The notes beneath the pieces were generated by a model. It saw only the letters and a program-made list of their open reading frames with translations, did no database searches and had not been told where the DNA came from. Positions 1-8,819 of a stretch of 61,981 nt of DNA are shown here, in pieces. Every line of letters starts with the position of its first letter. The stretch's first letter is position 1. Position numbers and translations under genes: made by a program. This DNA is from a virus (Duplodnaviria; Caudoviricetes), in IMG/VR virus record IMGVR_UViG_3300033076_000890, positions 1-61,981 of that record. One strand, written 5' to 3'.

Positions 1-9
1 TAACACAAT

Positions 10-432
10 ATGTTTTATTCAGTATGCGAGTACGAAGAATGGTCAACTGACCACTACGATTATGCACGTGACCAGCACTACACAGAAGACGGGGAGATTC
101 TCTCCCCGTGCGTTGGTGTAGAGTTGATGTCGCGTGTAGGCAAAATGATATTCACAGATGTCAGCGTTGTATACGAAGACAGGCGCGTCATTGAATTCAT
201 TGACGAGGCTGTTAAGAAGATGAAGATTGATAGGCCAACAAGTGACGAGATCGAGAGGTTTTGTGCACTTGTTGCATCTACATATCATGAGTCAAACATT
301 GACGAGTTCAATGATGCGATGTTTGAGTTCATCTACGACTGTACATACAACGAATGGACAGACATGTATAGCGGTCAAGACTTATACACAGACGCATCAC
401 TACTACAACCAGATGGATGGGGAGAAGACTAA
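10..432 (+). CDS. hypothetical acidic early protein
   Basis: 140 aa ORF, very acidic; stop overlaps the next start (TAATG). Confidence 0.75.
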   Translation: MFYSVCEYEEWSTDHYDYARDQHYTEDGEILSPCVGVELMSRVGKMIFTDVSVVYEDRRVIEFIDEAVKKMKIDRPTSDEIERFCALVASTYHESNIDEFNDAMFEFIYDCTYNEWTDMYSGQDLYTDASLLQPDGWGED

Positions 433-725
433 TGACAGAAGAAGAATGGAATGACAGAGACACAGCGTTTGAAACAGCACTACGTAAACTCCGGGAGGAA
501 TACCCGGAGTTCTACATTGAAGCATGGGGTCCATATGATTTTGTAAGTGGTTACAGACGAGACTTGCATCTAACACACAACATTATTATGGATGAAATAC
601 TTGAGAAGAAGGATGAATGGCCGACTGTAGTTGATGAATTACACGAAGGATTTGATGCCAACTACGGCACAAACTGGGACAGAATTAAAATGACAGTACA
701 TGAGGTAAGAAGACATGGAAGCTAG
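432..725 (+). CDS. hypothetical protein
   Basis: ATG at 432 coupled to upstream stop, GGAGAA upstream; acidic 97 aa. Confidence 0.75.
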   Translation: MTEEEWNDRDTAFETALRKLREEYPEFYIEAWGPYDFVSGYRRDLHLTHNIIMDEILEKKDEWPTVVDELHEGFDANYGTNWDRIKMTVHEVRRHGS

Positions 726-1044
726 AGATAGTCATATTGTTTGGATAATTGGCGCAATCAAACATGATTTCTGGTTTGACCAGATTTACGAAGCACTTAA
801 CTACTGTGAATGGGTTAATGAGTGGAAGGGTAGTCGTCCGTTTGATACAGAAGATTACTTTAGGTTTGAGTTGACTGACGATGAAGGCAAGGAGCATATG
901 TTCACTAGTATAGATGTTGAAATCGAGCTTAAATCTATGTGGTACGAAGGCATACAGTCATTTGAGGAGTCACAGCAAGTTGATCAGGAAGTTATAGACA
1001 CACTGATACAAAGAATCATTTACGGTGAATTAGTTTACGGATAA
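715..1044 (+). CDS. hypothetical protein
   Basis: 109 aa acidic ORF in a tightly packed + strand run. Confidence 0.75.
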   Translation: MEARDSHIVWIIGAIKHDFWFDQIYEALNYCEWVNEWKGSRPFDTEDYFRFELTDDEGKEHMFTSIDVEIELKSMWYEGIQSFEESQQVDQEVIDTLIQRIIYGELVYG

Positions 1045-1055
1045 GGAATAAAACA

Positions 1056-1553
1056 ATGCCTAATTGGTGTATGAATGAGTTAACAATCACTGGCCCAGCA
1101 GACAAAGTGTCTGCTTGGGCTGAGTTACACACTACAAAGTATGAGACAAGCACATCAGTACTAGACTTTAACAAATCTGTGCCAGAGCCATTGGATGAGA
1201 ATGGTTGTGGTGATGTCAACTGGCAATACAATAACTGGGGTACTAAGTGGGGAGCTTGCGACACAAGCTACTTAGACTTTAAAGAAGGTCACATTGTTAT
1301 TGGTTTTGATACAGCATGGGGTCCAGCTGATACATGGCTACACACTATGTCTGACATGTTCCCTGATCTTGAGTTCCACTGTAGATATGCTGAACCCGGC
1401 ATGATGTTTGCTGGTGATATCTACGCAGGACCAAAAGGATACAGTCACGAACAGCGTTCAGATGATGACCTAACAGATGACGACCTACATCTCATGGGTG
1501 CAGAAACGTGTGTCCAATGCGAGAACTGGGAGCACAAATGCACCTGTGAGTAG
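1056..1553 (+). CDS. YubB/DUF1281-type ferredoxin-like domain protein
   Basis: Signature MPNWCxNxLxI ... NWGTKW ... FDTAWGP ... YAEPGMMFAG; AAGGAA upstream. Confidence 0.85.
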   Translation: MPNWCMNELTITGPADKVSAWAELHTTKYETSTSVLDFNKSVPEPLDENGCGDVNWQYNNWGTKWGACDTSYLDFKEGHIVIGFDTAWGPADTWLHTMSDMFPDLEFHCRYAEPGMMFAGDIYAGPKGYSHEQRSDDDLTDDDLHLMGAETCVQCENWEHKCTCE

Positions 1554-1592
1554 GGTATACTCATGTATTACTTTAATGATTGAAAGGTTTGT

Positions 1593-1994
1593 ATGTTACA
1601 AGAATTAATTAAGCTACTTGACGTAATGAAAGATGGTAGCGAATACGCTGAAGGGTGGTCAAAACTAGAGCCACTCATTGGATTAAATGGAACTGTCACA
1701 TTATCGTGGCCTCAATGGCGACTTAAAATTGTGACATTTAAAATGCCTAAAGACTGGGATGGATCCAGTGATGCCGCAGAAAATATTGAGGCTCTGGATA
1801 ACTTATATTGGGATCAAGACATGAATATCATATGGAAGACACATGCTAATGAACGAGATTACGACTGGGTAAATATGACGAGATGTACTGCAGCCGATGT
1901 TGTTGATACGTTTCTTTCTGGGAACTGGACGCCTCCATGGAAATGTGGGTTTTGCGTCTCTAGGCATAAAGGTCAAATACAACCAAGGTTTTAA
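1593..1994 (+). CDS. hypothetical protein
   Basis: 133 aa ORF, GAAAGG upstream, C-terminal CxxC. Confidence 0.75.
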   Translation: MLQELIKLLDVMKDGSEYAEGWSKLEPLIGLNGTVTLSWPQWRLKIVTFKMPKDWDGSSDAAENIEALDNLYWDQDMNIIWKTHANERDYDWVNMTRCTAADVVDTFLSGNWTPPWKCGFCVSRHKGQIQPRF

Positions 1995-2551
1995 TGCCTA
2001 CCAGAAAACGAAATAACTATTATCCTGTGTGTTATCTGATTACTTCAGGTTCATACAGGATATCTGTCAGTAATCAATTTACTGCAAAAATCATCTATCA
2101 GTTGTGGTGTCAAATTGCTATACAAAAACAAACTTCAACTACAGTTACAGTCATGGCTTTAATGTCTCCATCATCATATGGAACATGGGGAAAGAAACAC
2201 ATTATTCAATTACTTAATGGTGTGTGGAAGCAAAGATTGGTAGCAAAGTCATTAATTAAACAAGGAGTACAACATGAACATACAGCAAATGCACAGTTTA
2301 AATTATATGGAGATGAATATGAATGGAGCGCAATTAAAACATATAATGCGCTACCTCCACATATTGCAGTATCAGTAACTAACGCACTGATGTATCCGCA
2401 AATCCTCCAATTACTTTTACGTGCGCCAACTGCACTAGCAGCTCATGTAGCTCTCAAGGTAGAAGGTTTGACTCACTATGATGATGATACAAAAATCACA
2501 AACATAAAGGAAGTTTGGAATTTTTTACATCATGAGGTTAAACGATTATGA
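1994..2551 (+). CDS. hypothetical protein
   Basis: 185 aa ORF, TAATG coupling to upstream gene. Confidence 0.7.
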   Translation: MPTRKRNNYYPVCYLITSGSYRISVSNQFTAKIIYQLWCQIAIQKQTSTTVTVMALMSPSSYGTWGKKHIIQLLNGVWKQRLVAKSLIKQGVQHEHTANAQFKLYGDEYEWSAIKTYNALPPHIAVSVTNALMYPQILQLLLRAPTALAAHVALKVEGLTHYDDDTKITNIKEVWNFLHHEVKRL

Positions 2552-2666
2552 TTACAACGATAAGTACAAAGCACATGTCAACAACAACCCATATTTTGGT
2601 TGTTTAGGCGTTATTGCTAACATCATTATTATGATTGTTATGTATTTGATATATAGTCGGTTATGA
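2532..2666 (+). CDS. small membrane protein (44 aa, not in ORF track)
   Basis: MRLNDYDYNDKYKAHVNNNPYFGCLGVIANIIIMIVMYLIYSRL; fills the gap and ends in an ATGA overlap with the next gene; one hydrophobic helix. Confidence 0.65.
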   Translation: MRLNDYDYNDKYKAHVNNNPYFGCLGVIANIIIMIVMYLIYSRL

Positions 2667-3046
2667 GAAAAAATGCCGAGGCACTATTGCAACAGCAAGT
2701 TAAAACCTTGCTTACAACGTGTGGTTACACTGTTATAGAAGTTGGTAAAACAAGAGCCAAAATTAAATGCAACTCATGTGGAGCTTGGTCTTATCCACGT
2801 GGATGGCAAGGCAATACACTTGGTGCGCCTGATCTATACATACACCATAAACAATGGAATAGAACAGCTCTCGGCATTGAACTCAAAACTGAGAAAGGAG
2901 CTGTAAGAGAAAAACAACAAGAATTAGCAGATAGTAATTTAACTACTATATGTAGAAGCCTAGACGACGTAGTCGTTGCGGTAATGAAAGTAGACGAAAT
3001 GTTTAACTTAGACTCAAAACTAAAGAAAGTAACTTGGATAGATTAA
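2663..3046 (+). CDS. VRR-NUC (PD-(D/E)xK) nuclease / putative Holliday junction resolvase
   Basis: ExxLQ ... GAPDL ... IELKTEKG ... Q pattern; inserted CNSC knuckle. Confidence 0.8.
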   Translation: MRKNAEALLQQQVKTLLTTCGYTVIEVGKTRAKIKCNSCGAWSYPRGWQGNTLGAPDLYIHHKQWNRTALGIELKTEKGAVREKQQELADSNLTTICRSLDDVVVAVMKVDEMFNLDSKLKKVTWID

Positions 3047-3696
3047 TGGATTGGGATTTTACATTAGATAATCATGACTGTGACGTAATCACAGAAGCAT
3101 ACGAGAAACTGTACGTTTTAGTACGCGCAGCAGAAGCAGGCGATTATGACAGAGATTTATTTGACTGCTTCATGTCACGTAATGGCGAGTTTACTTACTT
3201 GCTTACATTTACATCACTATGGAATGCAGAGCAGTACGCTATCAAACACGAGATGGATAAACACAAGTATGTAATAACAGACGTGTCACCCTGTGACATA
3301 TTTACACGATTCCGATGTGTATCAATTGATGGGGAAAAATTACTTGCTTTTGCACATAATGGCAGACCAATCATTACCCCATTGATGTTACCGACATACA
3401 ACATATATCCAAATGAAAGCATGATATGGCTGTATTACAAATCAAATAAGACAGGAGATATAGTTCTAGATCGTAACTTTATATTAGCTGACACAGTGCC
3501 AGATAGATTACGCACTGCATTAATAGAGGTCATTGGCATATATCCTGATGATATTTGCAACTACACTATGATCGGTACAACACTCAAAGATATCAACAAG
3601 CAACATGAATATTTATCTTGTCGTGGCATTGAGTGGAATATCACAGACGCGTTGCGGTTCTCCAAGACCCAGCGTATAGAAAGAGGAGAAGAGTAA
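3046..3696 (+). CDS. hypothetical protein
   Basis: ATG at 3046 coupled to upstream TAA; 216 aa. Confidence 0.75.
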   Translation: MDWDFTLDNHDCDVITEAYEKLYVLVRAAEAGDYDRDLFDCFMSRNGEFTYLLTFTSLWNAEQYAIKHEMDKHKYVITDVSPCDIFTRFRCVSIDGEKLLAFAHNGRPIITPLMLPTYNIYPNESMIWLYYKSNKTGDIVLDRNFILADTVPDRLRTALIEVIGIYPDDICNYTMIGTTLKDINKQHEYLSCRGIEWNITDALRFSKTQRIERGEE

Positions 3697-4301
3697 TGTT
3701 TAATCCACGTGATCACTTTTTAAATCTAAAAGGTAAGCAATACTTACCAGTTGCTGCACGTATCGCATGGTTTCGTGAAGATCATGCAGACTGGACAATC
3801 AATACATATCCAGTCGCAGAACTATCAGGGCCTGACTATGTTACGTTTGCGGCAGAGATACTTGACGGTGAAGGAAGACTAATTGCCAAAGCACATAAAA
3901 CAGAACACGAGAAACATTTTTCTGACTACAGAGAGAAAGCAGAGACTGGTGCAATCGGTCGCGCACTTGCACTATGTGGATACGGCACACTATTTGCTCA
4001 GGAACTAGAAGAACCTGTAACACCAGCTGGTGATATGCGCATTGTCGATACACCACAACAAGTCAAAACTCCTGCGCTTACACCGGGAAAGCAGTTTGCT
4101 TTTGAATGCAAGCGCATATGGGGCGCAGATATTACACCGTCGGACATGAAGCGTGTGTTTGCACGTCTTGCTGGACACAGTAACACAACCGACGAAAACC
4201 TACGACTTGTAATAGAAGTACTACAAGGTTTTAATACACCAGAAGAAGCAGAAGCAGTTTTTTTGGCAATAGAAGATGAGGGACTAAATGGACAAATCTA
4301 A
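3696..4301 (+). CDS. Sak/Rad52-like single-strand annealing protein
   Basis: LKGKQYLPVAARIAWFR and EKAETGAIGRALALCGYG motifs; next to Gam-like gene; ATG at 3696. Confidence 0.7.
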   Translation: MFNPRDHFLNLKGKQYLPVAARIAWFREDHADWTINTYPVAELSGPDYVTFAAEILDGEGRLIAKAHKTEHEKHFSDYREKAETGAIGRALALCGYGTLFAQELEEPVTPAGDMRIVDTPQQVKTPALTPGKQFAFECKRIWGADITPSDMKRVFARLAGHSNTTDENLRLVIEVLQGFNTPEEAEAVFLAIEDEGLNGQI

Positions 4302-4851
4302 ATTTGATATTATTGGCGACAGCTATTATGACATTGAAACTGGTGAGTACGCTGGCCCAGTAGACGGCTGGCTTGGCGAGGAACTGGCATCAGAAGACGA
4401 TGTGCTCCTAGCAATGCAACGCTTACTTAAATACGAGACAGAACTTAAGGCAGAGCAACTTGCTATGCAGTCTGTAGTTGACAGATGCAAGCAGCTCGTC
4501 AAAGAGAAAGAACGCAAGGTTGAATGGTTCAAGAGTCGATATGGCGATCAAATTGCCGACTTTGCACAGTCTCAACTCACTGGCAAGGCAAAGACATGGA
4601 AGTGTCCGTGGGGTCAAGTTGCTTTCCGCACAGTCCCTTCATCGTTTACTATAATGGATGAACAAAAAGCAGCTATGCTTATACCACCATCTTGCGATGC
4701 AGTAGTGCAGCAATACAAAGTATATAAAAGCAGAATCCCAAAAGAAGTCCAACTTACTCTAATAGAAGAATATCCAGATGTGTTCTGTGTTTCTCAGGCT
4801 ACTGAAAATGTATCAATTAAAGCATTGACAGCAACGGATATAGAGGAGTAA
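4288..4851 (+). CDS. Mu Gam-like / Gp157-like DNA end-protection protein
   Basis: Coiled coil followed by KAKTWKCPWGQVAFR, resembling the Gam-family KTxxLPxGxVxFR motif. Confidence 0.65.
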   Translation: MDKSKFDIIGDSYYDIETGEYAGPVDGWLGEELASEDDVLLAMQRLLKYETELKAEQLAMQSVVDRCKQLVKEKERKVEWFKSRYGDQIADFAQSQLTGKAKTWKCPWGQVAFRTVPSSFTIMDEQKAAMLIPPSCDAVVQQYKVYKSRIPKEVQLTLIEEYPDVFCVSQATENVSIKALTATDIEE

Positions 4852-4905
4852 GATTGCATTGCCCCTGAAACCATATCAACACAGGGGTGAACAACTACCA
4901 AATGG

Positions 4906-4936
4906 AGGACCACGGCATCAACACCGTGGTCCTTTT
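4906..4936 (+). terminator. intrinsic terminator-like hairpin upstream of LmbU-like gene
   Basis: AGGACCACGG-CATCAACA-CCGTGGTCCT followed by TTT. Confidence 0.6.
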
Positions 4937-4956
4937 GTCCCACAGAAAGAAAGAGA

Positions 4957-5559
4957 ATGAGTGACGAATTAGTTTACATAGGCAGTATTCCAGATGCAGT
5001 AAGCGTTACTGATGTAGGTTTACAGTTTAATCACGATATTGAATATGATCAGTGGTTGCGACTGATGGCTACACTACAACAATTAACTACAGCGTTTCAG
5101 TTTGCAATTGGAGACGCACTTAATTATGGACAAAAACGCTATGGTGAAAAGTATGCACAGGCTATGGATGCTACTGGTTGCGCTTATCAGAGCCTTGCTA
5201 ACTGGAGCTGGGTTTCTAATCATGTTCCTATTAGTAACCGCGTTGCAGGTCTTAGCTGGACTCATCATCGCTTGGTTGCAAATATGGGAACGGAACAGCA
5301 AAAGCAAATACTAGAATCAGCAAAAGCCCGTGGAATTTCTGTAACAGAATTTGAAAGAGAATTAAAAGGTGAACAAGAAGAGGAAAAGAAACCACTAAAA
5401 CAAATCAGCATTCCAGAAGGATGGACTGTTGATGATGCAAACAAAGCACTTGAAATAGTTAGTTCATATAGACAAGGTCTTGAAAGATTAAGCGCAGCAT
5501 TAGATGCTACTGATGAACCAGTACAAAGATATTGCGCTGAATGCCCATATAACAATTAG
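4957..5559 (+). CDS. LmbU-family transcriptional regulator
   Basis: FAIGDALNYGQKRYGEKYAQAMDATGCAYQSLANWSWVS...RVAGLSWTHHRLVA follows the LmbU/NovE-type pattern WxxGDWxxYGxxRYGxRY..A...TGL.YQTLRNYAWV...RR..LSF.HH.EVA. Confidence 0.75.
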   Translation: MSDELVYIGSIPDAVSVTDVGLQFNHDIEYDQWLRLMATLQQLTTAFQFAIGDALNYGQKRYGEKYAQAMDATGCAYQSLANWSWVSNHVPISNRVAGLSWTHHRLVANMGTEQQKQILESAKARGISVTEFERELKGEQEEEKKPLKQISIPEGWTVDDANKALEIVSSYRQGLERLSAALDATDEPVQRYCAECPYNN

Positions 5560-5568
5560 AGGTAAAGC

Positions 5569-6276
5569 ATGATTACCGTATTTAATGGCAAGTCATTTGG
5601 CTTGTCCGGAGCGTCTTCGTCTGGCTTTGTACAGATAGATAGACTTCTTGTAAATCACATTGCAAGTTTTACACCATCCGGATTTGTCACGTTTATGGCG
5701 TTAGTTATGCACGTTGACAATGAGGGATACTGTTGGCCTAGTATCAAACGTTTGTGTGAATGCACAGGTTTATCGGAGACAACAGTAAAGACTGCACTAC
5801 ATCATCTATCAACAATGAAAATCAATAACTGTCGTCTACTTGAAGTCAATGGCAGAACTTCTCCTAATGGGAGAACAACAAGCAATGGTTACAAGTTATT
5901 TCCAGATTCCATACAGCATGCAGATGATGTGAAAATTCAAGCAGTAAAACAAGTGCAAAAGGAGGTGGCTAAAGAAAATGATCCCGCGTTTCCACTCATG
6001 CAAGCATTTATGTACGAAAGATGGGGTGAGTTTTCAGCTCAAAGCATAACGGATAAAGAATGGAAAAATAATAGATTAATCATCTGGCAAATGCATAAGG
6101 CTGGAGTCAAGCCTAGTGATGTTATGGAGAGAGTTCAGACACTTAAGAGTAAATGGCAACTAGAGATGATTACCGTTAGATCACTATGGAAGCATTGGGA
6201 TACATATGCTTCATCGACGTATGGGAAAGTTACAAAAACTGCAAAGATAGAGGATTGGTTCAATGACAACGACTGA
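5569..6276 (+). CDS. replication initiator (N-terminal HTH_36-type wHTH)
   Basis: DNEGYCWPSIKRLCECTGLSETTVKTALHHL...NGRTTSNGYKL; first gene of an initiator-loader-helicase trio. Confidence 0.8.
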   Translation: MITVFNGKSFGLSGASSSGFVQIDRLLVNHIASFTPSGFVTFMALVMHVDNEGYCWPSIKRLCECTGLSETTVKTALHHLSTMKINNCRLLEVNGRTSPNGRTTSNGYKLFPDSIQHADDVKIQAVKQVQKEVAKENDPAFPLMQAFMYERWGEFSAQSITDKEWKNNRLIIWQMHKAGVKPSDVMERVQTLKSKWQLEMITVRSLWKHWDTYASSTYGKVTKTAKIEDWFNDND

Positions 6277-6691
6277 CAAGTTACTCGCGATTCTTTCACA
6301 ACTGCCTAGCTCGATACCATGGACAGAGACTAGCGATACCGTATACAGGGTTGCAGTCAAAGGTTTGCCAGATGAAGATATCAAGCTTGGTATGCAACGC
6401 ATTCTCACACGCACAAAGTTTCGTCCTACACCATCTGAGGTACTGCTAAACGTAGCAATAGCAAAGTACGGCGATGCGCAACCACATATGGTCACACAAG
6501 ACATATCAGAAGCGATACGGCTTGGACTTGATCCAAACAAGTTACATCCTACTGTTGTGCTAGTGTTGCGCAAGACGGGTGGTTTACGTGCATGGCGAAT
6601 AGAACCACCACTTAAAGGACAACAACTTGCCGATGTTATTAGTGAAGTGTTATTGGTCAGATTAACGGATTATATTAATGAGCAACAGTAA
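6263..6691 (+). CDS. putative helicase loader/inhibitor (G39P/lambda P-like)
   Basis: KFRPTPSEV motif; lies between initiator and DnaB. Confidence 0.6.
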   Translation: MTTTDKLLAILSQLPSSIPWTETSDTVYRVAVKGLPDEDIKLGMQRILTRTKFRPTPSEVLLNVAIAKYGDAQPHMVTQDISEAIRLGLDPNKLHPTVVLVLRKTGGLRAWRIEPPLKGQQLADVISEVLLVRLTDYINEQQ

Positions 6692-8054
6692 AAGTCTTGG
6701 TTTCAACATAGAGATTCCATACGATGTTATGAGTGAGCAATCACTCATAGCATCTATTCTTCTCGGTGGCAACAAACTATTCAAGTCAATGCAACGCATT
6801 GACAAGTCTATGTTCTATCGTGTTGCCCACAGTTTGATATGGGATGCATATAAAGCTGTAGATGATGCCAACAAAGAGATAGACATTGTCACGATCAATG
6901 AGGAATTAGTAAAGCGTAATGCGCTAGAAGCATGTGGTGGCCTTGCATATCTAATGCAATGTGCAGAACTACTACCAACTACAGGTCACTGTAATAGTTA
7001 TGCTGACCTTGTATGGGAATATCATAAGAGGCGTGAGATTATATTTGCATCCGAACATGCAAGTAAGCGAGCATCTACTGGTGATGATGCTACTGAAGAT
7101 ATAATCGCCGATTTAAATAAATCTGTTACATTCATTCAATCCGGAAAGGCTGTAGATGATTTATCTGTATTAATTTCTGACATTACAACAGAAGCTATCT
7201 ACCGCACTGAAGACGCAATAGACTACAGTGTTTCTAGCGGATTCATGGAGGTTGACAGTATTACTGGCGGATGGCGTGACGGTGAGTTAATCATTGTTGG
7301 TGGTCGTCCGTCGATGGGTAAGTCAAGTCTAGGCCTACAGTATGCATGGAATGCAGCTCTTGCATTACGAAAGGAAGAGAAGCGTACTGGGGTTCTAATC
7401 GTTAGCGCAGAAATGTCTAAGGCTATGGTTACTGCTAGAATGCTTAGCATATACAGTGGAGTAGACAGCCAATCCATACAGTCAAAGAAACTATCTAGTT
7501 ACGACAAAGACAGTCTCTCGGTTGTTGCTCGGACAGCCAAGAGCCTAACAATACAAGTGGTTGCTGATCAAACAGTTACACTACAATCGATCAGGGAAGC
7601 AGCCAACAGTATGAAGAAGACTGCCGACGTTGGATTGATTGTAGTTGATTACCTGCAGATGATAACGATGCCAGCAAATGTCAAGTCCGAGAATAGGACT
7701 AGAGATATTGGTGTGATTAGTCGTGGATTGAAAGACATTGCTCGTGAGTTTAACTGTCCTGTGATCGCACTATCATCATTATCTCGTGCAGTGGAGCAAC
7801 GGCAAGACAAGCGACCAATGATGTCAGACTTGCGTGAGTCTGGTGATATTGAATCAGATGCAGACGTGATTCAGTTTATTTACAGGGCTGGATATTACGA
7901 AAAGAAACAGGCAGATGATCACATGGATGATATTGATAAAGCAGAAATCATAACGGCTAAGAACCGTAATGGCAGGACGGGCGTATCACTACTCAACTTT
8001 GAGAGTAAGTACGCCCGGTTTACTGACTTTACATCAGACGACTTGTTTCTTTAA
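6678..8054 (+). CDS. dnaB: replicative DNA helicase
   Basis: Walker A GGRPSMGKS, SAEMS, VVDYLQM, DKRPMMSDLRESG, AKNRNG. Confidence 0.97.
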   Translation: MSNSKSLGFNIEIPYDVMSEQSLIASILLGGNKLFKSMQRIDKSMFYRVAHSLIWDAYKAVDDANKEIDIVTINEELVKRNALEACGGLAYLMQCAELLPTTGHCNSYADLVWEYHKRREIIFASEHASKRASTGDDATEDIIADLNKSVTFIQSGKAVDDLSVLISDITTEAIYRTEDAIDYSVSSGFMEVDSITGGWRDGELIIVGGRPSMGKSSLGLQYAWNAALALRKEEKRTGVLIVSAEMSKAMVTARMLSIYSGVDSQSIQSKKLSSYDKDSLSVVARTAKSLTIQVVADQTVTLQSIREAANSMKKTADVGLIVVDYLQMITMPANVKSENRTRDIGVISRGLKDIAREFNCPVIALSSLSRAVEQRQDKRPMMSDLRESGDIESDADVIQFIYRAGYYEKKQADDHMDDIDKAEIITAKNRNGRTGVSLLNFESKYARFTDFTSDDLFL

Positions 8055-8819
8055 GTAGACCTTTTTTTGGTCACTATTGACGATACAGTCAAAACCAAGA
8101 TTACGGGCAATATCTCTGATAGGTGCATACGATTTGCCATCACGTAAAATACATTGAACGGCCAGTACTTCACCGTTGAGGACTGGCCCATCTTCCCAAG
8201 CCAATACAAAATCATCCCCAATGACAAGCCGAATAAAATCACGGACAGGCGCGTACGTCCTTCCGTTTTGCACCAATGCAAGAATGTGTTTGTCTCCATT
8301 GACTATCTTCCAATCCTGTCCGCTTTGAACAATAGACCACGGTCGAACAAAATACAGTGCATCTTTACTGCGGTTTCTGTATAAAGGTCGATGAGCTACC
8401 TCATATCCATTACGGCTTCCGTCGTTATTACTGTTCCCTTCAATGGAATACCAAACTCCATTTTCATCCTGTCCCTCAACAATACCAATATGGAATGCAT
8501 CCTGTTGTCCATTTTTTAGGGTCTTTACAAGCAATACAAGGTCACCGCTCATGGGCGCACGATGAAGTACACCATGTTTTTTAGCCACAGCTAACCAGAC
8601 ATCGCAGTCTGCGCTAAAACACAGTGGCCAATCCAATCCACTTTTACTTTCCCATTCAGAAGCAATTCCACTAACAAACGATGCGCACCAAAAACTACCT
8701 ATTGGTGCATTCACTAATGTATTCCAACGATCTATAAGTGGACCACAATTGCTACCCATTGGATCTTCTTTTATACCAATGTATTTTTGAGCTATCTCCA
8801 CAAATAATTTATTACTCAT
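8034..8819 (-). CDS. endolysin: CHAP amidase/peptidase plus C-terminal Cu-amine-oxidase-N-like (stalk) domain
   Basis: FWCASFV ... HIGIVE ... SIEGNSN; C-terminal GRTYAPVRD / GKSYAPIRDIARNLG repeats. Confidence 0.85.
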   Translation of the reverse strand: MSNKLFVEIAQKYIGIKEDPMGSNCGPLIDRWNTLVNAPIGSFWCASFVSGIASEWESKSGLDWPLCFSADCDVWLAVAKKHGVLHRAPMSGDLVLLVKTLKNGQQDAFHIGIVEGQDENGVWYSIEGNSNNDGSRNGYEVAHRPLYRNRSKDALYFVRPWSIVQSGQDWKIVNGDKHILALVQNGRTYAPVRDFIRLVIGDDFVLAWEDGPVLNGEVLAVQCILRDGKSYAPIRDIARNLGFDCIVNSDQKKVYLKKQVV

